Shown here piece by piece: positions 37,525 to 48,632 of a stretch of 64,000 bases of DNA. The stretch covers positions 10,528-74,527 of the forward strand of contig JBKHYD010000066.1 of assembly GCA_046565645.1 (NCBI GenBank), written 5' to 3'. Both the position numbers and the translations under genes were made by a program. The notes under the pieces are model-generated. The model worked only from the letters and a program-made list of their open reading frames with translations, ran no database searches and was not told the DNA's origin. Within the stretch, counting starts at the first letter, position 1; every line of letters begins with the position of its first letter. The stretch comes from Acidimicrobiia bacterium (GTDB lineage: Bacteria; Actinomycetota; Acidimicrobiia; Acidimicrobiales; VFJN01).

Positions 37525-37902
37525 GTGCCCCTGTCCCCCGGCCTGCACGCCAGCGTGAAGCTGGTCGTCACCGATGCCGACACCGCCATCGCACACCACT
37601 CCGGGGAGGTGCCCGTCCTCGCCACGCCCCGGCTCATCGCGCTCTGCGAGGAGGCGGCCCACAGCGCGGTGTCCGCCGACATCCCCGCCGGGCAGACCAC
37701 GGTCGGGATGCGCGTTCAGGTCGACCACCTGCACCCCACCAACATCGGCTCGGCGGTGGCGGCCGAGGCCACCCTCGAGAAGGTCGAGGGCCGGCGCCTG
37801 ACCTTCACGGTCACCGTCAACGACCACGGCGGGCTGGTGGCGGCGGGCAAGGTCACCCGCGTCATCGTCGACACGGCGCAGTTCCTCGAGAAGGCCCGCT
37901 GA
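37525..37902 (+). CDS. Hotdog-fold thioesterase, FlK-like
   Basis: VLATP..IALCE, TVG and H..PT (Thr/Glu/His triad). Confidence 0.88.
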   Translation: MPLSPGLHASVKLVVTDADTAIAHHSGEVPVLATPRLIALCEEAAHSAVSADIPAGQTTVGMRVQVDHLHPTNIGSAVAAEATLEKVEGRRLTFTVTVNDHGGLVAAGKVTRVIVDTAQFLEKAR

Positions 37903-37926
37903 CGAGGACCCGCCGGTCCTCGGTGC

Positions 37927-38781
37927 TCAGCTGGGCAGCGCGTCCAGGAAGGCGCTGACGGCGGCCCACCAGGCGGCGGGCGCCTCGAACTGCGGCGAGT
38001 GGGCGCCGCCCTCGATCACGGCCAGCTCGGCCCCGGGGATGGCGGCCGCCATCCGCTCCGAGGGCCGACGGAAGGGGACGTCGTGCTCACCCACGACGAC
38101 GAGGGTGGGCACCGAGATCGCGCCCAGCTCGGCCAGGCGGTCGAGCTCCTCGGAGCGGTCCGTCATCTGGCGGAGCATCGACGCGTACATGGCCGGCGAT
38201 GAAGCCAGCATCTTCCGTTCACCGAACGCCTTGTAGTCCGGCCGCTCCGCCTCGAGCCGGGCCGCCACCTCGTTGGCGAGCGGATCCGCCTCGCGGGCCA
38301 TCTCCTGGGCTGCCATCACGGCCGCCATGCCCTCGGAGCGGGCGATCTTGGCGGCCAGCTCGACGATCCCGGGATCCGCCTTGACGGCCCGGTGGGACGT
38401 GTCCATGAGGACGAGGGCGTCGAACCGCTCCGGAGCGCGCAGCGCCGCGGTCTGGACAACCATGCCGCCCATCGAGTGGCCGAGGGCCACCGCCGACGGC
38501 CACCCAAAGGCGTCGAAGAGGCCCAGCAGCTCGTTGGCGTAGTGGTCGAAGGAGTAGGCCTCCTCGACCTCGGGCTTGTGGCTGGCGCCGTGGCCGCGCT
38601 GGTCCATCGCCACGGCGTGCCAGCCTCGCTCGGCGAGCGGGTCGAGCCACTCGGTGAAGTCCTCCTTGGCCCCGGTGAAGCCGTGGACGAGCACGAGCGG
38701 CCGCCCGCCCACCCCAGCCTCGGCGACGGCGAGGATCTCGTTGCCGGCGTCGGATCGGACCGTGACCCAGCGGTGCTCCAT
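37927..38781 (-). CDS. Alpha/beta hydrolase
   Basis: HGFTG, DQRGHG, GHSMGG, GEHD and H.PQ motifs. Confidence 0.9.
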   Translation of the reverse strand: MEHRWVTVRSDAGNEILAVAEAGVGGRPLVLVHGFTGAKEDFTEWLDPLAERGWHAVAMDQRGHGASHKPEVEEAYSFDHYANELLGLFDAFGWPSAVALGHSMGGMVVQTAALRAPERFDALVLMDTSHRAVKADPGIVELAAKIARSEGMAAVMAAQEMAREADPLANEVAARLEAERPDYKAFGERKMLASSPAMYASMLRQMTDRSEELDRLAELGAISVPTLVVVGEHDVPFRRPSERMAAAIPGAELAVIEGGAHSPQFEAPAAWWAAVSAFLDALPS

Positions 38782-38803
38782 CGGGCCCGGACCGTACCCC
38801 CCG

Positions 38804-39715
38804 TCAGCCGAGGGCGCTGGGGTCGACGCCACCGAAGCCCCCCATGACCTCGGCGAACGGCGTGACCTCGGACGGGTCGGGCACCTCGATCTCGATGTCG
38901 GCGCCGTGGTCGAACAGCTCGAGGACCATGCTCCCCGACTCGAAGCCTTCGCGCTCCTCCTGCGGGACCTGGTCCACGAGGTCGGCGAAGTCCACCGCCA
39001 TGCGGTGGACGAGGCCGCGGTCGTCCACCCACACCTCGAAGGGCAAGGTGGTGACCCCGAGGCCGCCCACCTGCTGCTCGTAGGCCTCGCGGGCGTCGGG
39101 CGGGAGCTCGGCCGCCGCCGCCTCGAGGTCGACGACCACGCGGTAGCGGGTGGTCGGCTGGCCTCGCACGTCCTCGGCTCCGAGGGACTCGATCTCGTCG
39201 GACACGCCCCGCAGGCTCTCGAGCAGCTGCGCCGGGTTGCCGGACGCCCCGAACCCGAGGCCGAGGCTGTCCTCGGCGAGGCCCATGTCCGCCGCGGTCA
39301 CCGACAACCAGCCGTCGGTGCCGGTGAACATGGCCAGCATCGGCACCCGCAGGTAGGTGGTGGTGCCATCGACCACGACCGTCATCGGCTCGTCGAGGCC
39401 GGGGGGCATCGACTCGCCGGTCTCCTCGGCCAGGCCGGCGAACATCGGGCCGAAGTCCATCGTGAAGGTGGCCTGCTGGCCGCTGAAGCCCCCCTCGGCG
39501 GTGATCTCGAAGCGCTCGCCCATCGCCGCCATCGTCATGGTCATCTCCATGCGGGCCGACCCCGACTCCGCCATCGCGTCAGGGGCGGCCTGAAGCCGTG
39601 CGAGCACCGCCTCCTCGCCCCCGGCCTCGACGACGGCGCCGCCGTCGTCGTCCCCGCAGGCGGCGAGGAGGAGGACGGGAGCGACCAGGGCGGCGGCGAG
39701 TCGGGTTGCCTTCAC
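38804..39715 (-). CDS. Lipoprotein, LppX/LprAFG (LolA-like) family
   Basis: Lipobox LAAC; G.EDVRG.PTTRY, VWVDD.G and IEVP motifs. Confidence 0.75.
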   Translation of the reverse strand: MKATRLAAALVAPVLLLAACGDDDGGAVVEAGGEEAVLARLQAAPDAMAESGSARMEMTMTMAAMGERFEITAEGGFSGQQATFTMDFGPMFAGLAEETGESMPPGLDEPMTVVVDGTTTYLRVPMLAMFTGTDGWLSVTAADMGLAEDSLGLGFGASGNPAQLLESLRGVSDEIESLGAEDVRGQPTTRYRVVVDLEAAAAELPPDAREAYEQQVGGLGVTTLPFEVWVDDRGLVHRMAVDFADLVDQVPQEEREGFESGSMVLELFDHGADIEIEVPDPSEVTPFAEVMGGFGGVDPSALG

Positions 39716-39896
39716 GAGCTGACCTCCACGTGTGCGCTCCAGCGTGTGCGGGCGGGAGGTCGTCGGGCCCCGCCGAGCCCGGGCAGCCGAGCGTACCGGG
39801 GCGACAGGTTGTCCCGAAAGGTCCGGATCCCACGACTCGGCCCCGGTGGGACCGGGCGTACGATGGGCGACGGCATCCAGCGACCTAGGGGGGCAG

Positions 39897-40880
39897 GTGA
39901 ACCGCAAGCAGGCGATGTCGCTGGTGCTGCGCATCGGGCTCAGCGCGCTCATGCTGGCGGTGCTCATCTGGCGCGTCCCCTCCTTCGAGGTCTCGGAGGT
40001 GGTGCCCCCACTCACCGGCCGCACCATCGCCTGGCTGGTCGTCGCAGGGGCGCTCACGCTGGCCGGGCTCGTCCTGTCGGCCCTGCGCTGGCAGCGGGTG
40101 CTCGAGGTGCTGGGGCTCCACGCCCAGCTCCGGAAGCTCATCTCGCACTACCTGGCCGGCCAGTTCGTCTCCAACGTGCTCCCCACCACGATCGGGGGGG
40201 ACGTGCTGCGGGTCACCCGACTCGCGCGGGAGACCGGGGAGTCGCCTCGCACGTTCGCCTCGGTCGTCCTCGAGCGCCTCACCGGGTGGCTCGTGCTGCC
40301 GGTCATCAGCGTGGCCGGGTTCCTCGTTAACCCGCCCCTGCGGGGGCTCGGGACGGCGAGCCGCGTGGCGCTCGGGCTGGCCTTCGCCACCCTCCTCGCC
40401 CTCGGGATCCTCCTCTACGCGGTGGCTGACCAGCGCATCGGGGGTCGGTTCGCGGCCAAGGACGGCTGGCGCCGCTTCGCCGGTGCCGTGCACCTCGGAC
40501 TGGACCAGCTCCGGCGCCAGCCGAGGGCGGCCGCGGACGTGCTGCTCGTGGGCTTCGCCTACCAGCTGGTCCTGGTGCTGGCCTCGGTGGCCGCCGCCCA
40601 GGCGCTCGGCGTCCGACCGGCCGGGCTCACCGCGCTCCTCGCCTTCTTCCCTGCCGTCGCCATCGCCCAGGTCCTTCCCATCGGCATCTCGGGCCTCGGG
40701 ATCCGGGAGGGGGCGTTCGTCCTGTTCCTCGGCCCGCTCGACGTGGCCAGCCAGGACGCCATCGCCCTCGGTCTGCTCATCTACCTGCTCAACCTCGGCG
40801 TGAGCCTCCTGGGCGCACCTGCGTTCGCGCTGGGAGGTCGGGTCCCGGAACCGGCGGAGGTGGCCCGCGCCGCTCCCTGA
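39897..40880 (+). CDS. Lysylphosphatidylglycerol synthase TM / UPF0104 flippase-like protein
   Basis: RW, NVLPTTIGGD..R, ER and PIGISGLGIRE motifs. Confidence 0.88.
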   Translation: MNRKQAMSLVLRIGLSALMLAVLIWRVPSFEVSEVVPPLTGRTIAWLVVAGALTLAGLVLSALRWQRVLEVLGLHAQLRKLISHYLAGQFVSNVLPTTIGGDVLRVTRLARETGESPRTFASVVLERLTGWLVLPVISVAGFLVNPPLRGLGTASRVALGLAFATLLALGILLYAVADQRIGGRFAAKDGWRRFAGAVHLGLDQLRRQPRAAADVLLVGFAYQLVLVLASVAAAQALGVRPAGLTALLAFFPAVAIAQVLPIGISGLGIREGAFVLFLGPLDVASQDAIALGLLIYLLNLGVSLLGAPAFALGGRVPEPAEVARAAP

Positions 40881-40926
40881 GCGCAGTGGTCGGGATCCTC
40901 GGCCCTCGGCTGCTATCCCATCCCCC

Positions 40927-41784
40927 ATGGCACACACCGCCACCACCGTCGCGGAGGCTCCGTCGCGGCCCCTGCGGTGGTGGAAGGAGGTGCTCTTCGG
41001 CGCCGCCGTCTACGCCGTCTACTCGTTCGTCCGGAACCAGTTCGGCTCGGCGGGGGGCGACCCGGGGCCCGCCTTCGAGCACGCCCGGGAGATCATCGAC
41101 CTCCAGGACGCGATGGGCCTCTACTTCGAGGCCGACCTCCAGCGCTGGTACCTCGACCTCCCCGCCGACGGGCTCATCCGGCTGTGGAACGTGTTCTACG
41201 GCGTCGCCCACTTCGTGGTGACGCTCTTCGCACTGGTGTGGCTGTACCGGCGCGATCCCGGCCGGTACCCGCTGTGGCGCAACACGCTGGCCCTCACCAC
41301 CTGCCTCGCCGTGGTGGGCTTCGCCGCCTACTCCCTCATGCCCCCCCGCCTCCTCGACGACCCCGGCGAGTTCGGAGCCTGCCAGCTCTACGCACCCGAG
41401 GCGGTGACCGGCTGGGAGCCGGGCGAGCCGCCCCCTGCCGGGTGCGACCGGTACGGCTACGTCGACACCATCGCCCGCTACGGCGGGTGGATCTCCTTCG
41501 GCAACGAGGGGATGAAGGACGTGTCCAACCAGTACGCCGCCATGCCGAGCATGCACATCGGCTGGTCCACCTGGAGCGCACTGGTCCTCGTCCCGCTCCT
41601 GCGGCGACGCTGGCTCAAGGTGCTCGCGGCCGCCTACCCGGCGGTCACGCTCGTGTGCATCCTCGTGACCGCCAACCACTACTGGATCGACGGGCTCGGC
41701 GGGCTGGCCTGCCTCGCCGTCGGGTTCGGGCTCGCCCGGGCCGTGACCGGACGGGTGGGCGCCGGGGCCGCGGACCCGACCTGA
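40927..41784 (+). CDS. PAP2 (Aur1/IPC-synthase-like) membrane phosphotransferase
   Basis: MPPRL, AAMPSMH and NHYWID motifs. Confidence 0.88.
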   Translation: MAHTATTVAEAPSRPLRWWKEVLFGAAVYAVYSFVRNQFGSAGGDPGPAFEHAREIIDLQDAMGLYFEADLQRWYLDLPADGLIRLWNVFYGVAHFVVTLFALVWLYRRDPGRYPLWRNTLALTTCLAVVGFAAYSLMPPRLLDDPGEFGACQLYAPEAVTGWEPGEPPPAGCDRYGYVDTIARYGGWISFGNEGMKDVSNQYAAMPSMHIGWSTWSALVLVPLLRRRWLKVLAAAYPAVTLVCILVTANHYWIDGLGGLACLAVGFGLARAVTGRVGAGAADPT

Positions 41785-41792
41785 GCGGTCGG

Positions 41793-42002
41793 CTACTCGC
41801 CGTCCTCGTCGTTGCCCTCGTCCTGGGCGTCGACCTCCTCTTCGACCTCGTCGCCCAGGTCCTCGACGGTCTCCTCGACGTCCTGGATCTCCTCGTCGGT
41901 GGTGCCGCCGTCGCCGTCCTCGTCGGAGCAGGCGGCGAGGCCGAGCGAGCCGAGCCCGAAGAGCCCGGCGGTGGCGATGGCTGCGATGCGGGTGCGGTCC
42001 AT
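41793..42002 (-). CDS. Small highly acidic lipoprotein
   Basis: Signal peptide with lipobox LAAC, then a D/E-rich mature part. Confidence 0.75.
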   Translation of the reverse strand: MDRTRIAAIATAGLFGLGSLGLAACSDEDGDGGTTDEEIQDVEETVEDLGDEVEEEVDAQDEGNDEDGE

Positions 42003-42011
42003 GCGCAGCAG

Positions 42012-42037
42012 GTACCCCGGCAGGGTGTCGGCCAAAC
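42012..42037 (-). promoter_or_regulatory. SigF/SigB-type stress promoter GTTT-N16-GGGTAC
   Basis: Matches the known GTTT-N15-17-GGGTAN consensus; 9 nt upstream of the lipoprotein ATG. Confidence 0.65.
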
Positions 42038-42039
42038 CG

Positions 42040-43092
42040 TCAGCGGCGGACCGCCCACCGGACCGGCGGGCCGTGGTAGCCGGCGGTGCCCAGCAGCCGG
42101 TCCTCGCCTCCCGGCCACAGGGTGAGACGGACCTCCGCCGCGTCGTCGGTGGCCGGCTCCATGCGCAGCCAGGCCACCGGCGCCGAGGCCGTGGCCCGCC
42201 GGCCGGCGTCGGCCACGGCCTCGCGCAGGTCGCGGCGCCGGGCCGGGCTCAGGTACTGCAGGACGATCGAGTGGACGAGCACCGTCGCGGCGCCGGGGTG
42301 GACCTCGTCGAGCTGCGCCACGGCCCACTCGGCCGCGTCAGCGTGGTCGATGGCGACCGGGATCTGCTGGGCGATCGTGAGGGCAGCCCGCAGCCGGGCC
42401 AGCCGCTCCGTCTGGTCGGGCCACACGAAGCTGAGGAGGGTCAGCCGGTCGGCCTCGGAGGTCGCGTCGAGCGGGTTGCGGTCGCAGCCGCGCCGGTCGG
42501 TCACCACGAGCGCCCCGCTCAGGTCCGGCAGGGGCGGCTCCCAGAACCCCTCGAAGCGCAGCGGGCTGGCCGGGTCCCCCGCCACCTGGGCGCCGGTGTC
42601 GTAGCCGTACCGGTCGAAGCGCAGGTTCAGGCCGGCGCTGGCCCCGATCTCAAGGACCCGCAGCGGCAGACCGGTGCGACGGACCACGTCGAGGTATCCG
42701 CCGATGAGCGCCGCCGAGCGGCCGACCTCGTTGGTCTGCACGCCATCGGACAGCCGGACCCGGACCTCTTCCTCGTGGTCCGCCACCGTGGCCAGGAAGG
42801 CTGCCACCGGGTCGCCCGCCGCGGGGTCGCCCCCGACCGAGGGATAGACGGCCTCGAGCGCGGGGGCCCGACCCTCCAGGACGATGCGGTGCACAGCCCC
42901 GAGGAACCGCAGGGCGAGGGCCGAGCCGAACGGGTCCTCGTGGTGGTCGTCCAGCACCCGGGCGCAGACCCCTCCGGCCTCGAGGTCGGCCAGCGCACCC
43001 TGCAGGATCCGCTCGTAGAGGCCGGACCCGACGATGCGGCAGGCGTCGGCCTGGAAGGCCAGGACCTCCGCCACGCCGTCGCGCTCAGCCAC
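42040..43092 (-). CDS. DUF2332 family protein
   Basis: QTNEVGR, EIGASAGLNL, WPDQ..R, HSIVLQY and HG motifs. Confidence 0.88.
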   Translation of the reverse strand: MAERDGVAEVLAFQADACRIVGSGLYERILQGALADLEAGGVCARVLDDHHEDPFGSALALRFLGAVHRIVLEGRAPALEAVYPSVGGDPAAGDPVAAFLATVADHEEEVRVRLSDGVQTNEVGRSAALIGGYLDVVRRTGLPLRVLEIGASAGLNLRFDRYGYDTGAQVAGDPASPLRFEGFWEPPLPDLSGALVVTDRRGCDRNPLDATSEADRLTLLSFVWPDQTERLARLRAALTIAQQIPVAIDHADAAEWAVAQLDEVHPGAATVLVHSIVLQYLSPARRRDLREAVADAGRRATASAPVAWLRMEPATDDAAEVRLTLWPGGEDRLLGTAGYHGPPVRWAVRR

Positions 43093-43173
43093 CGCCGCAA
43101 CCTATCCCCCGGTCTCCCCCGGCGAGTCGGCCGACGTGGCCGGCCGGCAGCGCCGGCGGTACCGTTGAGGGCC

Positions 43174-45027
43174 TTGTCGATCCTCCCCACCATCACCTGC
43201 CCCGCTGACGTGCGCGAGCTCTCCAAGGACCAGCTCGCCGAGCTGGCCACGGAGATCCGGCAGTTCATCGTCGACGCCGTGTCCGAGGCCGGCAGCGGGC
43301 ACCTGGGCTCCAACCTGGGTGCGGTGGAGCTCACGCTGGCCCTGCACCGGGTCTTCGACTCGCCGCGGGACATCCTCCTGTGGGACACCGGCCACCAGGC
43401 CTACGTCCACAAGATCCTCACCGGTCGCGCCGGGGACTTCGCCACGCTGCGCAAGGCCGGCGGGCTGTCGGGCTACCCCTGCCGGGACGAGTCCGAGCAC
43501 GACTGGATCGAGAACAGCCACGCCTCCACCGTGATCAGCTACGCCCACGGGCTGGCGGTGGCCCAGGAGTCCGAGCACGGCGAGGGCCGACGGATCGTCG
43601 CCGTGGTGGGCGACGGGTCGCTCACCGGGGGCATGGCCTTCGAGGGGCTCAACAACCTCGGCCACTCGGGCAAGAAGGCGATCATCGTCCTCAACGACAA
43701 CGGCCGCTCCTACGCCCCGACGGTCTCGAAGCTGGGCGAGAGCCTGGCCCGGCTGCGGCTGAACCCCACCTACGTGCGCAACCGGCACCGCCTCGACCGG
43801 ATCCTCTCCGAGGTGCCGGTGGTCGGCCACCAGCTCGAGAGGAGCCTCGAGGGCGCGGTGGCCGCGATGCGGGAGATGTTCGAGCCGCCGGCGTTCTTCG
43901 AGACGCTCGGCGTCCGCTACACCGGCCCCTTCGACGGCCACGACGTCGAGGGCATGGAGAAGGCGCTTCGCAACGCAGCCGAGTACGACGGCCCGATCGT
44001 GGTGCACGTCGTCACCCAGAAGGGCCGTGGCTACGCGCCGGCGGAGAACGACTCGATCAAGCACCTCCACGACATCGGGCAGCCCTCGCCGGGCACCTAC
44101 ACGGCCGCGTTCACCGAGGCGATGATCAAGGAGGGCGAGGCCCGTCCCGAGCTCGTCGCCATCACCGCCGCCATGCCCGACTCCACCGGTCTGCTCCCCT
44201 TCGGCGAGCGGTTCCCCGGGCGGCTGATCGACGTCGGCATCGCCGAGCAGCACGCCGTCACCGCGGCGGCGGGCATGGCCATGGGCGGGCTGCGCCCGGT
44301 GTTCGCGGTGTACTCGACGTTCCTCACCCGGGCCATCGACCAAGTCACCTACGACGTCGGCCTGCACCGCCAGCCCGTCGTGTTCTGCCTCGACCGGGCC
44401 GGCATCACCGGCGACGACGGCCCCTCGCACCACGGCGTGCTCGACATGGCGCTGCTCACCAAGGTCCCGGGGATGACGCTGTTCGCGCCATCGTCGTACC
44501 AGGAGCTGGGCCAGATGCTCCACGACGCCCTCGAGCTCTGCACCGACGGACCGAGCGCCATCCGCTGGTCGAAGACGGCCGCGCCGTCGGTCGGCCCCGA
44601 CGAGGTCGGCTCGGGGCTCGCCGGCCGCAAGGTCCGGGCCGGCCGCGACGTGTGCATCCTCGCCGTCGGCAAGCTGCTCGCCGCCGCCCAGGAGGCGGCC
44701 GAGGCGCTGGCCGCCGACGGCATCGACGCCACGGTGTGGGATGTGCGGGTCGTCCCGCTCGATCCGGCGATGCTGGCCGACGCGGCGCAGCACCCGGTCG
44801 TGATCACGGCCGAGGACGGCGTGCGCGAGGGCGGCGTCGGCTCGATGATCGCCGACGCCATCAGCCGCCTCGACGTGGCGGGCCCCAGCCCCAAGGTCCG
44901 GGTGCTCGGCACCCCGATCGACTACCTCCCCCACGCCAAGCCCGACGCCATCCTCGCCCAGCTCGGCCTCGACGCGAAGGGCCTCGCCACCGAAGCAAGG
45001 ACCCTCGTCACCGCCCTCCGCGCCTGA
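43174..45027 (+). CDS. dxs: 1-deoxy-D-xylulose-5-phosphate synthase
   Basis: GHLGSNLG, WDTGHQ, GDG...LNDN, GIAEQ, YSTF and DGPSH motifs; TTG start inferred. Confidence 0.96.
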   Translation: MSILPTITCPADVRELSKDQLAELATEIRQFIVDAVSEAGSGHLGSNLGAVELTLALHRVFDSPRDILLWDTGHQAYVHKILTGRAGDFATLRKAGGLSGYPCRDESEHDWIENSHASTVISYAHGLAVAQESEHGEGRRIVAVVGDGSLTGGMAFEGLNNLGHSGKKAIIVLNDNGRSYAPTVSKLGESLARLRLNPTYVRNRHRLDRILSEVPVVGHQLERSLEGAVAAMREMFEPPAFFETLGVRYTGPFDGHDVEGMEKALRNAAEYDGPIVVHVVTQKGRGYAPAENDSIKHLHDIGQPSPGTYTAAFTEAMIKEGEARPELVAITAAMPDSTGLLPFGERFPGRLIDVGIAEQHAVTAAAGMAMGGLRPVFAVYSTFLTRAIDQVTYDVGLHRQPVVFCLDRAGITGDDGPSHHGVLDMALLTKVPGMTLFAPSSYQELGQMLHDALELCTDGPSAIRWSKTAAPSVGPDEVGSGLAGRKVRAGRDVCILAVGKLLAAAQEAAEALAADGIDATVWDVRVVPLDPAMLADAAQHPVVITAEDGVREGGVGSMIADAISRLDVAGPSPKVRVLGTPIDYLPHAKPDAILAQLGLDAKGLATEARTLVTALRA

Positions 45028-45075
45028 CGCCGCCATCGCCGCGTAGGGTGCGCGCAGCACCTTGGGGAGGCGGCG

Positions 45076-45468
45076 ATGGCACACACCACCAGCACCGACC
45101 GGGCACTGACCGACCTGCGCATCATCCTGTGGCTGGGCCTGCTCGTGGCCGCCTGGCTCCTCTTGACCCCGACGTCCACTGCCGACGGCCGCTCCTGCGG
45201 TACCCCGGCCTTCCACCTCTCGCATCCCGGACCGGACCGCCCACAGCTCGCCGACGAGACCTGCGTCGACCGCAACAACACCCGCCTGGACCAGGCCGTC
45301 GTGACCGTCGTGCTCACCCTCGTGGCCACCGGCGGGGCGGCCCTGGCCCGCTCCCTCGCCGACGCCAGGTCCCGCGGCGAGACCCCCCGCCTGACGGCCC
45401 TGACCTACCGCCCCGAGCAGTCGACTCCGAGCACGCGGGCCGAGGCCCAGGACGCCGACCGGAGCTGA
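45076..45468 (+). CDS. Hypothetical two-TM protein with a two-Cys loop
   Basis: GGAGG RBS; two hydrophobic segments flanking SCG...TC. Confidence 0.6.
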   Translation: MAHTTSTDRALTDLRIILWLGLLVAAWLLLTPTSTADGRSCGTPAFHLSHPGPDRPQLADETCVDRNNTRLDQAVVTVVLTLVATGGAALARSLADARSRGETPRLTALTYRPEQSTPSTRAEAQDADRS

Positions 45469-45627
45469 GCTCGAGAGACACAGATCGCGCCGACCGCGAG
45501 CTCGGGCTGGCGCAGATCCTGCGAGTCCGATACGAGACCTGGCTCTGGACCGCCACGAAGGTCGAGTAGGCGCCGAGAGGAGGTCGGGCCGCGGCCAGTG
45601 TCCGGCGGTGACGCGCAAGGTGGATGA

Positions 45628-45685
45628 TCTAGCGTTCGAGCGACAACGAACCTGCCACCGGCCAAGTTGTCGCTCCAACGCTAGA
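45628..45685. repeat. Long intergenic palindrome
   Basis: TCTAGCGTTcGAGCGACAAC-N18-GTTGTCGCTCcAACGCTAGA, 19 of 20 positions paired. Confidence 0.75.
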
Positions 45686-45765
45686 CAGATCGGGTCCGGA
45701 TGCCTGCGGGTGTGCCGATCAGAGCGACCGCCTGAGAATCCAAGAGCTGGTCGTGCTCCAGCTGA

Positions 45766-46401
45766 TCAATAGAACGGGTTCTCGCCCGCTGCGTGGTCCG
45801 TGGTGTCGATGACCTCGGTGATCTCGGGGATGGCTTCGGTGATCGAGCGGGCGATGCCGTCGCGCAGGGTCATCGCGGACACGGCGCAGCCCTGGCAGCC
45901 ACCGCCCATGGTGACGTAGGCCTTGTCGCCGTCGACGCCGACGAGGTTGGCGAAGCCGCCGTGGGACGCGAGGGCGGGGTTGATCTGCTCGCGCAGGAGC
46001 TGCTCGATCTTCTCGGGCACGGTGCCGGTGAGCTCGATGTTGCGCCCGGCCAGGGGGTTGGGCCGGTTCGGGTTGCGCAGGACGAGGCCCGGCCCGCCGC
46101 CGGTGGGGATGGCGAGGGTGGCGCCGGTGAGCTGCTCGATGCTGCCGGCCGGGACGATGACCGGGAGCCCGTCGGCCTGGAAGACGACGTCGGCGTCGTC
46201 GGCGGCGGCCACCGGGTCGAAGGTGAGGTCGTAGGCGTACTCGACGCCGTTGGTGCCGGTGACCTCGATGCGCAGGGCGAGGGCGTCGCTGTCCTCCTCG
46301 GCTTCACGGAGCTCAAGGATGCGGGCGACCGCTTCGGGGGTGACCGTGAGCACGGCGAGGTCGGTGCTGTCGGAGACCGGGGTGGTGGGTGCGTCGGCCA
46401 T
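45766..46401 (-). CDS. nfuA: NfuA-type Fe-S carrier (degenerate A-type domain plus NifU-C)
   Basis: INPALASHGG, GGGCQGC and DTTDH..GENPFY motifs. Confidence 0.92.
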   Translation of the reverse strand: MADAPTTPVSDSTDLAVLTVTPEAVARILELREAEEDSDALALRIEVTGTNGVEYAYDLTFDPVAAADDADVVFQADGLPVIVPAGSIEQLTGATLAIPTGGGPGLVLRNPNRPNPLAGRNIELTGTVPEKIEQLLREQINPALASHGGFANLVGVDGDKAYVTMGGGCQGCAVSAMTLRDGIARSITEAIPEITEVIDTTDHAAGENPFY

Positions 46402-46744
46402 GGCTCCAGGGTACCGAGGCGGTCGCGCGTTGCCCGACGGCCGGTGGCGATCGGCCCCGGGAACCGGCTGCAGGGAGCGGAGGTTCGCTCACGCGAGGTG
46501 GCGACAGGACGGTGGACGAGCCCGCGGGTGGCCGCGTCATGGCCCGAACGCCCCATCGAAAAATGAGCCGATCGGCTCTGGCACGACGCGTGCCCAAAGC
46601 CTTGGATGGGCTCCGACGAACGGGTCTCTCTCAGGAGGGAGCCACCCGGTGGTCCCTGGCTCCGGTCGCTCGGCGATCGGGAGCCGGATGTGGTCGAGCC
46701 CCGGCGGGCGGGGCTCGGCCGCTCACCGGCTCGACCGCCCCCGG

Positions 46745-48574
<1,830 letters not shown>

Positions 48575-48632
48575 CGGCGCATCCTCCCAGACGGTCCCCG
48601 ACGATCGACAAGCCCGTCGGTACCGTTCGGGC

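Noticed and set aside
46402-46744. 343-nt gap with short palindromes (e.g. GAGCCGATCGGCTC at 46565-46578)
   Set aside because: No recognisable RNA family or credible ORF; short GC palindromes are expected by chance.
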